Origin: a virus
Lineage: Duplodnaviria; Caudoviricetes
Strand: one strand, 5' to 3'
Length of the DNA stretch: 64,000 nucleotides
Virus record (IMG/VR): IMGVR_UViG_3300043427_002668
Part shown: positions 28,464-38,442 of the stretch, piece after piece
Layout: each line of letters begins with the position of its first letter
Position numbering within the stretch: the first letter of the stretch is position 1
Made by a program: the position numbers and the translations under genes
Notes under the pieces: model-generated
Databases searched by the model: none
What the model was told of the DNA's origin: nothing
Seen by the model: only the letters and a program-made list of their open reading frames with translations

Positions 28464-29801
28464 ATGACAGATACTGAAGTATTGCTAGCTGTAAATATTG
28501 CTTTAAAAAACTACCAAACTAAAGTAGTTAAAGCTGGTCCAAAGGTAGATAAAATCAGAATAATTGCTTCTCAGAGAGCAGAAGCACAAGATCTTATATC
28601 CAAAGAACTTAAGAAAAGAGGAGTTCAATTTGTTAATGAAATTGATAAAAGCGAATCTTCTTTTCCAGTAACTAAAATAGAATTAAAAAAATCAAAATCT
28701 ATTATAAAGTTAATATATAAAAAAGGTGCAGGTGGTGGATCAGGTGCTGGTGCAGCAGTAACTAAGTTAGCCGAATCATCTCAGGCTTTGTATGCTGCGA
28801 TGGCATTTAATGTTTTGAAAAGGGAAATTACAAATAAAGATTTAACAAAAGAAAACTTTCAAAAAGCACTCGCAACTGCTGATACTGATGAAAGTTTTCA
28901 AAAAATGGTGAATGATTTACCTGATGATTGGATAGAGTCATCTATAGCAGGTGCTAATGCCTTATTTAAGATGTATGGTGGAAGTGGAAAATATACTTTT
29001 CATAGAGGATCAAAATCTGTAGAAATTATAGAAAATACGTTTACTAAAATTAATAGAGAAGAACGTGCTTTTGGTAATCTTAATAAATGGAGTCCTGCTG
29101 ATATATACATGATTTCGGATTCTTCTGCCATCAGAGATATATCAGAAGAAAAAACTCTTAAGGGACTGAATGAAAAAATGTTTGAGTACATTCAAAGTAA
29201 AAAGGTGATAGGAGTTTCTTTGAAGAAGAATGAAAGTGGTAAGGCAAAAATAACACCAAAAAATTTTCCAACAGATAAAAAAATAACAACAGCATCATTT
29301 AAAGGAACTACTACAAATTTAGATGCTATGGATGGTTATATTCAATGGGGATCTGCTCCAAGTGAAAAAATTCAATTTAGAAGTTTTGGTGGAGAAACTT
29401 CATTGACTGGATGGCAGGGAGAAATTAAAGGAGCGTCTGCAAATCAAGGTAAAGTTTCTCTTGGTCCATTAAACTATATTTTAAAAAGACACGGATTTAA
29501 AGAACTACCTTCATCGCAAGAGTCTGCTAGGTTAGCGGAACAAAATACTGAGAAACACGCCAAAGATATATCAAAAATGATGGTGGATTATGGATTGATA
29601 AAAAGTGGAGATCTTGATGCTATGGCGTCAACAATTCAATCCAAATCAAACAAATATAGATATTCTAAGTATTTGGTTATGAGATTACTATTGACAATTA
29701 AGAATGCAAATAAAGATAAAGCAGATGAAGTTGTAAAGGATTTATATCTTTACGCAAGTTCTCAAGCAAGTTTTTCAGCACCTTACATAAAGTTAGAATA
29801 A
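28464..29801 (+). CDS. putative PD-(D/E)xK restriction-like nuclease
   Basis: NKWSPADIY...IGVSLKK pattern; AT-rich; the family call is tentative. Confidence 0.5.
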   Translation: MTDTEVLLAVNIALKNYQTKVVKAGPKVDKIRIIASQRAEAQDLISKELKKRGVQFVNEIDKSESSFPVTKIELKKSKSIIKLIYKKGAGGGSGAGAAVTKLAESSQALYAAMAFNVLKREITNKDLTKENFQKALATADTDESFQKMVNDLPDDWIESSIAGANALFKMYGGSGKYTFHRGSKSVEIIENTFTKINREERAFGNLNKWSPADIYMISDSSAIRDISEEKTLKGLNEKMFEYIQSKKVIGVSLKKNESGKAKITPKNFPTDKKITTASFKGTTTNLDAMDGYIQWGSAPSEKIQFRSFGGETSLTGWQGEIKGASANQGKVSLGPLNYILKRHGFKELPSSQESARLAEQNTEKHAKDISKMMVDYGLIKSGDLDAMASTIQSKSNKYRYSKYLVMRLLLTIKNANKDKADEVVKDLYLYASSQASFSAPYIKLE

Positions 29802-29827
29802 TAAATAAAGGTATAAGATTAAACAAT

Positions 29828-31132
29828 ATGAAGAGTTTCTTTACATTTTTATCAGAAGCAACACAATCACAAGCATCTCAGCAGGCTCAAAAAATGGGTT
29901 TGAAAGGAGACGGTCACGGCGGTTGGTTGGATCGTTCTGGTAAAGTCGTAGCAAGAACTGATAAAGGAAAACTGAAGTTCATTGATGGTCGCCAAGCAGC
30001 AGGAGCACAGGAACCCGCTGCAGCACCAAGGCAGTCAGGTGCAGCCCCTATGCCTCAGCAACCTCAAGGAGCACAAGCACCCGCTCCTGCCGCCCCTCAA
30101 GCACCTGGAGCAGCACCACAGGACCAAGAGCAACAACAGGAACTTCCACCACTGACTGTCGTATTTGGTCGTTTTAATCCACCAACAGTCGGACACGAAA
30201 AACTTCTAAAGTCTGCAAAGAGAATTTCTGCTGGTGGAGACATTAAGATCTATCCATCAAGATCTCAAGATCCAAAGAAAAATCCATTGGATCCAAATAA
30301 AAAAGTTTCGTTTATGAAGAGGATGTTCCCTGAGTTTAAGGATAACATCATTAACGATGATGAGATGAAGACCATCTTTAACGTTCTTGTTTCTGCTAAC
30401 GAAGATGGATACACAAGTGTAAACATTGTTGTTGGTTCTGATCGTCAGGCAGAGTTTGAGAACCTAGCGCAAAAGTACAATGGAGATCTTTATACCTTCG
30501 ATCAAATTCGTGTAATCTCCGCCGGTGTTCGTGATGCAGATGCTGAAGGTGTAGAAGGAATGTCTGCATCCAAGATGAGAAAGGCGGTAATGGATAATGA
30601 CTTTGCATCATTCCGTAGAGGAACTCCAAAGACATTGGATGATGGAGATACTCAAACACTCTTTGATGCAGTTCGTCAGGGAATGGGTGCGAAGAAAGCA
30701 TCAAAAGTCAAAAAGGAGAGTTATAATCTCTGGGAGATTGCTCCAAAATGTGATATGAGAAATCTTCGTGAAAATTATGTGAGAGGTAGAATTTTTAGAA
30801 TTGGAGATAAGGTTGAGAACTTAAATACTGGGTTGATTGGTGAAGTAATGCGTAGAGGAACCAATCATTTAATCTGTGTAACAGAAGAAGGTTATATGTT
30901 TAAATCTTGGATTAAGGATTTGATGGAATATACTGAAGTGAAAATGGATAGTCCAATGAGAGATAAGACGCATCCAAATACTTTGGTGGGAACTTTGGGT
31001 GCATTTAAGCATTATGCAAAAATGACCCCAGGAGTAATAGGAACCAATAGTCAGTATCTTCAGAAAGGTGGTAAGGCATACGGAGTCAATTTCATAAATA
31101 AGTATAAGGCAAAGAAAGCAAGTACTTATTAA
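29828..31132 (+). CDS. HIGH-family nucleotidyl/cytidylyltransferase-like protein
   Basis: FGRFNPPTVGHEKL, VVGSDR and MSASKMR; N-terminal MKSFFTFLSEA plus a Gln/Pro/Ala linker. Confidence 0.85.
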   Translation: MKSFFTFLSEATQSQASQQAQKMGLKGDGHGGWLDRSGKVVARTDKGKLKFIDGRQAAGAQEPAAAPRQSGAAPMPQQPQGAQAPAPAAPQAPGAAPQDQEQQQELPPLTVVFGRFNPPTVGHEKLLKSAKRISAGGDIKIYPSRSQDPKKNPLDPNKKVSFMKRMFPEFKDNIINDDEMKTIFNVLVSANEDGYTSVNIVVGSDRQAEFENLAQKYNGDLYTFDQIRVISAGVRDADAEGVEGMSASKMRKAVMDNDFASFRRGTPKTLDDGDTQTLFDAVRQGMGAKKASKVKKESYNLWEIAPKCDMRNLRENYVRGRIFRIGDKVENLNTGLIGEVMRRGTNHLICVTEEGYMFKSWIKDLMEYTEVKMDSPMRDKTHPNTLVGTLGAFKHYAKMTPGVIGTNSQYLQKGGKAYGVNFINKYKAKKASTY

Positions 31133-31133
31133 G

Positions 31134-32855
31134 ATGTCTATTAATCCTCTGAACGATATTTCCAGAGTGTATCTGGAGCAGGTTGCATCAGATTGTGTAA
31201 CCGAAGTTTCTGCTGATCTTGCTCTAAGAGCATCAAAAGAAGCAGGAAAGAGAGCTGGTATTCTTGCTGGATTGAGTGGTGGTGATCCCAAGGTAGCAGC
31301 AAAGGCAAAGAAGAAGAGAGCACAAGCAGAAAGACTTTATAGTAAGCAAGCAAAGAGGAGAGTTGTTACTGTCTCTCCAATCAAAGAAGAGGAAAATGTA
31401 GTTGATGAAACTTCACATCTTGAGACCGATATGAAGAAGCGTCGTGAAGCAAACGAAAAGGCAGTTGAAGATATGAAGAAGACTGATGCTTATAAGAGCA
31501 TGGCGGCAGCAGCAGCAAAGAAGTTTGACGAAGCACTCGATCCCGTAGGGCACGAAGATGATGATGTTGATAATGATGGTAAGAAGAACACCAACGCCGA
31601 CAAGTATCTTAAGAACCGTAGAAAGGCAATCGGTAAGGCAATCTCAACTCACGAAGCAAAAGAAGTGAAGAGATGGTGGGATGATGATGGTGATGGAAAG
31701 GGATATGAGGAAGGAGAAGTATCTGGTAAGTTTAAGAAAAAGAAAAAAATTAAAGAAGGTTTCTCAAATTGGAGACAAGACCTTTCTGAAGTAATGGATG
31801 TCGTTGATAAAGAGCAGAACGATCAAAAAATTACTGAAAAGAAAGTAAATAATAAAATCAAGATTAACCCATCTATGGGTGAGGCAGTAGAAAATCTTGG
31901 TGGAACTCTACTTGAGATGGTAGAGATTGATGAAATGGATTATGTTGTTGAAAGCGTTTATGATGAACTTCTAGAAGAAGGATATGAAGAAGATGATATT
32001 GAAGAGGCAATTGAGTATGCTTTAACTGAAGCAACTGTAACCTACGGTCATGATACTCCAACTGGAGAGAAGAAGAGAAAAAATCTTGTGGGAGCAGTAG
32101 CAAGACTTGCAAGACAAAAACTTTCTAGTAAAGTTCGTGGTGCTAAGAAAGCAGCAAAACAAGCAGTAGCAACTGGTGCAAGAAAAGTTGCTAAGGGTGC
32201 ATTGGGTGTTGCACGTAAGATGGAAGGCGGAGACAAAAAACCACATACTGCAGCAAGAAAACCATCAACCTATCGTGGTGCTGGTGCAGGTCAGAAGGAA
32301 AAAGTAAGCAGTGGATCTTATACTCCACCATCTAAAAAGAAAGCAGAAAAATCACCAGATCCCTGGGCTGGAAGTGAGACAACTCCACCAAAAGCAAAAG
32401 CAAAAACTAAAAAAGCAGCAGCACCAAAGGCAAAGGCAACTACTGCACCAAAAAGAAAGAGAAAGTCAAAGTTAGATGATTTGCTTGCATCTGTAAGAAG
32501 TGAAAGCGTTCAGATTGATGAAAAGGTCTTAAGTACTGCTGAAACAAAAGAAAAGGAAAGAATTGTAAAGTCGATGAAGTCAAAAGCACCAGACTTTGAA
32601 AAGAGATATCCTGGTCGTGGTAAAGAAGTGATGTATGCTACTGCTACTAAAATGGCTAAAAGAATGGCAGAGCAGGCAATGGAAATTCAACCAAAAACGC
32701 AGGCTCAACCTCAACAGTCTCAACAAGCAAATCAGGACGCAAAGGCAAAAGCAGCAGCACAAAGAGCAAAATCAGCAGCAGTAACTCTTAAGACGAAGGA
32801 ACTACAAACCCTTAGACAAACTCCAGCTGGAACTTCAGTATCTAGTTTTGGGTGA
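31134..32855 (+). CDS. large low-complexity protein, candidate internal head protein
   Basis: Alternating acidic and Lys/Ala-rich blocks; DxDxDNDG motif; many (I/L)xE sites. Confidence 0.75.
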   Translation: MSINPLNDISRVYLEQVASDCVTEVSADLALRASKEAGKRAGILAGLSGGDPKVAAKAKKKRAQAERLYSKQAKRRVVTVSPIKEEENVVDETSHLETDMKKRREANEKAVEDMKKTDAYKSMAAAAAKKFDEALDPVGHEDDDVDNDGKKNTNADKYLKNRRKAIGKAISTHEAKEVKRWWDDDGDGKGYEEGEVSGKFKKKKKIKEGFSNWRQDLSEVMDVVDKEQNDQKITEKKVNNKIKINPSMGEAVENLGGTLLEMVEIDEMDYVVESVYDELLEEGYEEDDIEEAIEYALTEATVTYGHDTPTGEKKRKNLVGAVARLARQKLSSKVRGAKKAAKQAVATGARKVAKGALGVARKMEGGDKKPHTAARKPSTYRGAGAGQKEKVSSGSYTPPSKKKAEKSPDPWAGSETTPPKAKAKTKKAAAPKAKATTAPKRKRKSKLDDLLASVRSESVQIDEKVLSTAETKEKERIVKSMKSKAPDFEKRYPGRGKEVMYATATKMAKRMAEQAMEIQPKTQAQPQQSQQANQDAKAKAAAQRAKSAAVTLKTKELQTLRQTPAGTSVSSFG

Positions 32856-32898
32856 AAAAATCCTAAATAGTTTTAGGTTATACTTATAGGAGGTCATT

Positions 32899-33084
32899 AT
32901 GTCAATTGGAGCACTACTTGCTTTTTATAAAGCAAATGAAGCAGCAATTTTAACGATTCTACTTATTATTTCTGAGTTTCTTGGCGCGAATCCAAAAGTC
33001 AAAGCAAACGGAATCCTTTCATTTATTTTGCAACAAGTTCGCAAAAAGGCGGAAGATGGTGGTGCAGTTGATCCAACTCCTTGA
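32899..33084 (+). CDS. small hydrophobic protein (holin-like, tentative)
   Basis: GGAGG RBS; hydrophobic ILTILLIISEFLG and KVKANGILSFI segments. Confidence 0.6.
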   Translation: MSIGALLAFYKANEAAILTILLIISEFLGANPKVKANGILSFILQQVRKKAEDGGAVDPTP

Positions 33085-33105
33085 TATTTCTTTATAAACT
33101 CTTAA

Positions 33106-33136
33106 AGAGACCTCATTTTTGGGGTCTCTATTTTTT
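33106..33136 (+). terminator. intrinsic terminator abutting a late promoter (33136-33143)
   Basis: AGAGACCTC/GGGGTCTCT stem plus T tract, then TATAAATA. Confidence 0.75.
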
Positions 33137-33176
33137 ATAAATATTTCTACGAATAAATTTAGAAAAGGTAAAAAGA

Positions 33177-33941
33177 ATGGCACTCTGGGGAAACAATGAC
33201 AATGTTGGTTCTGGTGGTACAGTATCATTAAATTATAGTACTCTTGAGGTCACTGGAACCGGAACTACTTTCGGAAGAGTTGGTGCGGCTGCAACTGGAG
33301 ATGTGATTAGATTTGGTATTCGTGGTGGCGGTGGCACCTACTTCGGAGATGCTGTGATCGTTGGTATTACAAGTGATACATTATTAACTATTGGATCTAC
33401 TGCAGGACTAAGTGGAGCAGCAATTGCAGGAACATCTTTCTATATTAGCGAACTTCCTAGTTACACAGTTCTAGACAGTACCTTTAGTAATGCTAATGAT
33501 GCTGCCCCATCATTAGCAACTTTAGCTATTACGGGAACAGCAACTACAAATGCTAATATTGGAACTTCAGTTATTCCTGTTGTTCCTCCATCTGGTTTGA
33601 TTGCTGGCGATTTACTTTTAAATAACTCAAGCAACATTCGCATTTCTGTTGTTGGAGTTACCAGCATTACTCTTGCATCTACAATTTCTGCTGGAATTGC
33701 GACGGGAGATACTCTGACATTTAAGAGATATACTGATGGATATGACCGTCAAGTTTATGGAATTTCTACAACAACTGATTATGTTGCAGTTGGATACAGT
33801 GGGTACGCTCACGCTGGATGGGTTGGAGTAACAACCTACATTGACTGCCAAGGAAACTTCAGAGTTAAGACTGAAACTTTAGTTGCAATGTCTGGAATTA
33901 CAACTGGATCTGACGGAATTCTTTATCCAACTCCTGTCTGA
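33177..33941 (+). CDS. virion structural protein (MALWG-type)
   Basis: MALWG start; HAGWVG...KTETLVAMSGI C-terminus; Gly/Thr-rich; late promoter upstream. Confidence 0.75.
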   Translation: MALWGNNDNVGSGGTVSLNYSTLEVTGTGTTFGRVGAAATGDVIRFGIRGGGGTYFGDAVIVGITSDTLLTIGSTAGLSGAAIAGTSFYISELPSYTVLDSTFSNANDAAPSLATLAITGTATTNANIGTSVIPVVPPSGLIAGDLLLNNSSNIRISVVGVTSITLASTISAGIATGDTLTFKRYTDGYDRQVYGISTTTDYVAVGYSGYAHAGWVGVTTYIDCQGNFRVKTETLVAMSGITTGSDGILYPTPV

Positions 33942-33947
33942 TAATAT

Positions 33948-34340
33948 ATGATTTTTAATGAATTGAATGAGAGTAATTTTCTCTTATTTGCTATTAAACA
34001 TTATGAGAACCCACAAGCGGTTACAAAAGAAGACTTTGAAAAAGATTTAAATCATTTTAAATATATCAAAAGGTTGCTGAAGAGATACAAAAAATCAGGT
34101 GAGCTCAAAACTCACCTGATTTTAAATCATTTTATTGTCCTTTATAATATCTTTGGTGAAGCAGCAACTCCAATGTTGTTTTTTAAAATAGAAAAAGATC
34201 TTTGGTCTTCTATGAAAAGTTTTATAATATTCTTGAATAAACTTCCAGAGTATCCCAAGTGTTATATTCATAACATCCAAGTTGATTTATATTGCTTAGA
34301 ACAATTATATAAGATCTACAATGGAAAAGAAGAAGCTTGA
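33948..34340 (+). CDS. conserved T4-like hypothetical
   Basis: ELNESNFLLFAIKHYENP...LILNHFIVLYNIFG. Confidence 0.75.
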   Translation: MIFNELNESNFLLFAIKHYENPQAVTKEDFEKDLNHFKYIKRLLKRYKKSGELKTHLILNHFIVLYNIFGEAATPMLFFKIEKDLWSSMKSFIIFLNKLPEYPKCYIHNIQVDLYCLEQLYKIYNGKEEA

Positions 34341-34533
34341 TTGGATTGTTTCAATTATAAGAGAGCAAATGGTTGCAAATGCTCCAGGTGCTTCTGGTGG
34401 ATTTTCTGGTTCTGCGGATCCAAAGGGACCTGTTGCTGGATTTGATCCTTTGATGGGAAAAAAGAAGAAGGATGGAACAGTAGATTTTAGAAGAATCAAA
34501 CCAAATTATAGAAGATGGGTAAAGGATAAATAA
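34321..34533 (+). CDS. hypothetical protein
   Basis: 70-aa ORF containing GPVAGFDPLM. Confidence 0.65.
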   Translation: MEKKKLDWIVSIIREQMVANAPGASGGFSGSADPKGPVAGFDPLMGKKKKDGTVDFRRIKPNYRRWVKDK

Positions 34534-34596
34534 TTTCAATACTACTTGAGGTTTTTGTTTCATAGAGGTAGTAGGAGAAATAATCACCTCAAAAAA

Positions 34597-35007
34597 ATGT
34601 TTAATCAAAATACATCTGCTGACACTAAAATTGCAGTATTGGAAGAGCGCCTTTCCGCTTATGAAACTATGATTAATAAGATTGATGAAGCAATACAGAT
34701 AATGGGAAAGGCAAGTCAAAATATTAATAAGATGCTCGCCGTTCATGAAGAAAGAATAGAGCAGTGTCACAAAACAGATGATTATATTGGTAGAGTTATT
34801 GAAGAATTAAGAGTTGAAAATAAAGATCAGCACGAAGAAGTATCAAAAAGAATAGAAAAGGTAGAAAATAAATTAGAAGAATTTGTAAAATATCGTTGGA
34901 TAATAGTTGGGGTTTTTGCGGTTGTTTCTTTTGCATTTTCACAATCTCATATGGTTGTTGATTTTTTAACTCCAGACACACCTCAAGTACAGATACGACA
35001 AAAATAA
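34597..35007 (+). CDS. coiled-coil protein with C-terminal TM helix
   Basis: KIAVLEERL...LAVHEERI; hydrophobic WIIVGVFAVVSFAF. Confidence 0.7.
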   Translation: MFNQNTSADTKIAVLEERLSAYETMINKIDEAIQIMGKASQNINKMLAVHEERIEQCHKTDDYIGRVIEELRVENKDQHEEVSKRIEKVENKLEEFVKYRWIIVGVFAVVSFAFSQSHMVVDFLTPDTPQVQIRQK

Positions 35008-35033
35008 ATAGTTGAGTGTTGGCGTTAGAGCCA

Positions 35034-35141
35034 ATGAAAACTCAAAAGAAAGTTACTCTCTACACCCTACAAAAAACAACAAATTCTGTTGTGAAGTGGA
35101 CTGGAATCATCACTTCACTTTGCCTTGACAAGTCCAAATAA
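35034..35141 (+). CDS. possible 35-aa peptide
   Basis: ATG-TAA ORF MKTQKKVTLYTLQKTTNSVVKWTGIITSLCLDKSK. Confidence 0.35.
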   Translation: MKTQKKVTLYTLQKTTNSVVKWTGIITSLCLDKSK

Positions 35142-35176
35142 ACTGGTAGAATACATCAACTGGATACTGTTTGATT

Positions 35177-36145
35177 ATGGACTTTGTTGATGTAAAGTAC
35201 ATCAATTTGATTTCTGCGCGATTTCAAAAGTTTAAGAAAGTAAAGCACAATCTCTACAACTTTCGCTGCCCTATTTGTGGAGACTCGCAGAAGAATAAGA
35301 ATAAAGCACGGGGATATTTGTATCAAGTCAAAAGTAATACAAACTTTAAGTGTCATAATTGCGGACTTAATATTTCCTTTAATAATTTTCTCAAACAATT
35401 AGATCCAGTAATTTACAAACAATATACATTCGAAAAATTTAAAGATGGAAATACTGGTAAAAACTTTATTGTAGATGAACCGAAATTTAATTTCGAAGCA
35501 CCGAAGTTTAAACCTAAGTTAGATTTACCGAAAGCATCTGAGAATTCCATAGCAAAATCTTACTTAGAAAAGAGAAAATTAAATCCGGATAAATTTTATT
35601 ATACCGACAAATTTAAGGAGTGGACTAATTCTCTCCAACAAACATTCGACAGCACAGAAAGAGATGAACCAAGGATTATTATTCCTTTGTTCTATCAAAA
35701 TACTCTAGTCGGATTTCAAGGAAGAGCACTTGGTCCAAATAAGATTAAATATATCACCGTGATGTTAAATGATGATGCCCCAAAAATCTATGGTCTCGAT
35801 GAAATACAAAAAACTGAAACTGTCTACATCACCGAAGGTCCATTTGACTCAACATTCATTCGCAACGCGATTGCTTTATGTGGAGCTGATGGTGATGTTA
35901 GTAAGTGGGGTATTGACAGGTGTGTTTGGATTTACGATAACGAACCACGTAATGCAGAAATCCATTCAAGAATCTCCCGCGTTATTGACAGAGGAGAAAG
36001 GGTCGTTGTCTGGCCTTCATCAATAAAAGAGAAAGACATTAATGAGATGGTACTATCTGGACTGGACGTTCAGTCTGTGATAGAATTAAATACTTATTCT
36101 GGATTAGAAGCAAAACTAAAATTTACTACTTGGAAGAAAATATGA
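35177..36145 (+). CDS. gp61: DNA primase gp61
   Basis: CPICGDS...CHNC zinc finger; FQGRAL, EGPFDS and YDNEPRN TOPRIM motifs. Confidence 0.96.
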   Translation: MDFVDVKYINLISARFQKFKKVKHNLYNFRCPICGDSQKNKNKARGYLYQVKSNTNFKCHNCGLNISFNNFLKQLDPVIYKQYTFEKFKDGNTGKNFIVDEPKFNFEAPKFKPKLDLPKASENSIAKSYLEKRKLNPDKFYYTDKFKEWTNSLQQTFDSTERDEPRIIIPLFYQNTLVGFQGRALGPNKIKYITVMLNDDAPKIYGLDEIQKTETVYITEGPFDSTFIRNAIALCGADGDVSKWGIDRCVWIYDNEPRNAEIHSRISRVIDRGERVVVWPSSIKEKDINEMVLSGLDVQSVIELNTYSGLEAKLKFTTWKKI

Positions 36146-38442
36146 GCAACGGAACCAAAGTTAAAAAGCGTGATGGTCGAATTGAATCTCTTGACCTAGA
36201 TAAAATGCATTTGATGGTTGAAGAGGCGTGTAAGGGTCTTGCTGGAGTCTCTGCTAGTCAAGTTGAAATGACTTCTGGTATTCAGTTTTATGATGGAATT
36301 ACAACAGCAGAAATTCAGGAAATTTTGATTCGTTCTGCTTCTGACCTTATTGATTTGGATCATCCAAATTATCAGTATGTTGCTGCTCGTCTGCTTTTAT
36401 TTGCAGTCCGAAAGCAATTGTATGGAAGAATGAAAGAAATTCCAACACTAGAGCAACACATCTATACTTGTGTAAATGCTCAAGTGTATGATGATGATAT
36501 TTTTAACAAATACTCTAGAGAAGAAATTGAACGTGCCGATTCATATATCGATCATAGTCGTGATTATCTCTTCACTTATGCAGGTCTTCGCCAAGTAGTT
36601 GATAAGTACTTGGTTCAAGATCGTAGTGGTGGTGGAGTATATGAAACTCCTCAGTTCATGTATATGATGATTGCTCTGACTATTTTTGCAGAGTATCCAA
36701 AAGAAACCCGTATGTCATATGTTAAGAGGTACTATGACGCAATCTCAAAGCACAAAATCAACATTCCCACACCTATCATGGCGGGGGTTAGAACTCCACT
36801 TCGACAGTTTGCTAGCTGTGTTCTTGTTGATGTTGATGACACCCTCGATTCTATCTTTAGCTCTGATATGGCAATTGGTAGGTATGTTGCACAGAGGGCG
36901 GGCATCGGTATCAACGCAGGCCGCATCCGTGGCATCAACAGTAAAATCAGAGGTGGAGAAGTTCAGCACACAGGTGTTGTTCCATTCCTCAAAAAGTTTG
37001 AGGCAACTGTCCGATGCTGCACTCAAAATGGCATCCGTGGTGGATCAGCAACTGTCCACTTCCCAATCTGGCACCAAGAAATCGAAGACATCCTAGTGCT
37101 GAAAAACAATAAAGGTACGGAGGATAATCGTGTTCGCAAACTTGACTACAGCATTCAAATCAGCAAACTCTTCTATGAGAGGTTCATTCAGGATGGTGAG
37201 ATCACGCTTTTCTCCCCACATGATGTACCTGGACTATATGATCGTTTCGGATTCTCTGATTTTGATGATCTCTACGTTTCGTATGAAAAAGATCCGTCCA
37301 TTAAGAAAAAGACTATTAAAGCGCAAGAACTCATTCTTAACCTCCTTAAGGAACGTGCGGAAACGGGTCGTGTCTACATTATGAATATCGATCACTGCAA
37401 TTCACACTCTTCTTTCAAGGATAAAGTAAATATGAGTAATCTCTGTCAGGAGATCACTCTTCCAACAGATCCTATTCAGCATATTGATGATAATATGGGT
37501 GAGATCGCTCTCTGTATTCTCTCCGCTATTAACGTTGGCAAAGTAAAGTCTGATGAGGAACTTGAAGAACTCTGTGATCTTTCTGTTCGTGGATTGGATG
37601 AGTTGATTGACTATCAAAAATACCCCGTAGCAGCGGCAGAAATCGCCACTAAGGCACGTCGTTCTCTTGGTGTTGGGTTTATTGGATTGGCACATTATCT
37701 TGCTAAACTTGGATTTAATTATGATTCTCAAGAAGCATGGGATGCAGTTCATGGACTTTCTGAGTCTTTCCAGTACTACCTTCTGAAAGCATCCAATCAA
37801 CTTGCTAAAGAAAAAGGTCATTGTGAATACTTTGGACGTACTAAGTATGCTGATGGTATTCTTCCAATTGATACCTATAAAAAAGATGTAGACGAAATCA
37901 CTTCCATTGATTATGAACACGATTGGAAATCTCTTAGGTCATCGATCCTGGAGCACGGTCTCAGGCACTCAACACTGTCCGCACAGATGCCATCGGAGAG
38001 CAGTTCCGTTGTGTCAAACGCAACTAATGGAATCGAACCACCTAGAGATTACCTGTCCGTTAAAAAGTCCAAAAAAGGACCTCTCAAGCAGATTGTTCCA
38101 CAGTATCAAACCCTTAAGAACAATTATACGCTTCTGTGGGATATGCCTAGCAACCGTGGGTATATTAATATTGTTGCAGTTATGCAAAAATTCTTCGATC
38201 AAGCGATTTCTGGAAACTGGTCGTATAATCCAGAAAATTATGCCAACAATGAAGTTCCTACTTCAGTAATGGCAAATGATTTTCTGACTACATACAAGTA
38301 CGGATGGAAAACTTCTTATTATCAAAATACATATGATATTAAGACTGATGAAGTGGTAGAAGAGAAGAAGTCCGAATTGGAAAGTCTTCTTAATGAGTTA
38401 AGTTCAGTAGAGGAGGGAGAGTGTGAATCCTGCGCAGTTTGA
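36142..38442 (+). CDS. nrdA: class Ia ribonucleotide reductase alpha
   Basis: ATP cone; PTPIMAG, FASCVL, SNLCQEI and AQMPSESSS; C-terminal CESC. Confidence 0.98.
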   Translation: MSNGTKVKKRDGRIESLDLDKMHLMVEEACKGLAGVSASQVEMTSGIQFYDGITTAEIQEILIRSASDLIDLDHPNYQYVAARLLLFAVRKQLYGRMKEIPTLEQHIYTCVNAQVYDDDIFNKYSREEIERADSYIDHSRDYLFTYAGLRQVVDKYLVQDRSGGGVYETPQFMYMMIALTIFAEYPKETRMSYVKRYYDAISKHKINIPTPIMAGVRTPLRQFASCVLVDVDDTLDSIFSSDMAIGRYVAQRAGIGINAGRIRGINSKIRGGEVQHTGVVPFLKKFEATVRCCTQNGIRGGSATVHFPIWHQEIEDILVLKNNKGTEDNRVRKLDYSIQISKLFYERFIQDGEITLFSPHDVPGLYDRFGFSDFDDLYVSYEKDPSIKKKTIKAQELILNLLKERAETGRVYIMNIDHCNSHSSFKDKVNMSNLCQEITLPTDPIQHIDDNMGEIALCILSAINVGKVKSDEELEELCDLSVRGLDELIDYQKYPVAAAEIATKARRSLGVGFIGLAHYLAKLGFNYDSQEAWDAVHGLSESFQYYLLKASNQLAKEKGHCEYFGRTKYADGILPIDTYKKDVDEITSIDYEHDWKSLRSSILEHGLRHSTLSAQMPSESSSVVSNATNGIEPPRDYLSVKKSKKGPLKQIVPQYQTLKNNYTLLWDMPSNRGYINIVAVMQKFFDQAISGNWSYNPENYANNEVPTSVMANDFLTTYKYGWKTSYYQNTYDIKTDEVVEEKKSELESLLNELSSVEEGECESCAV

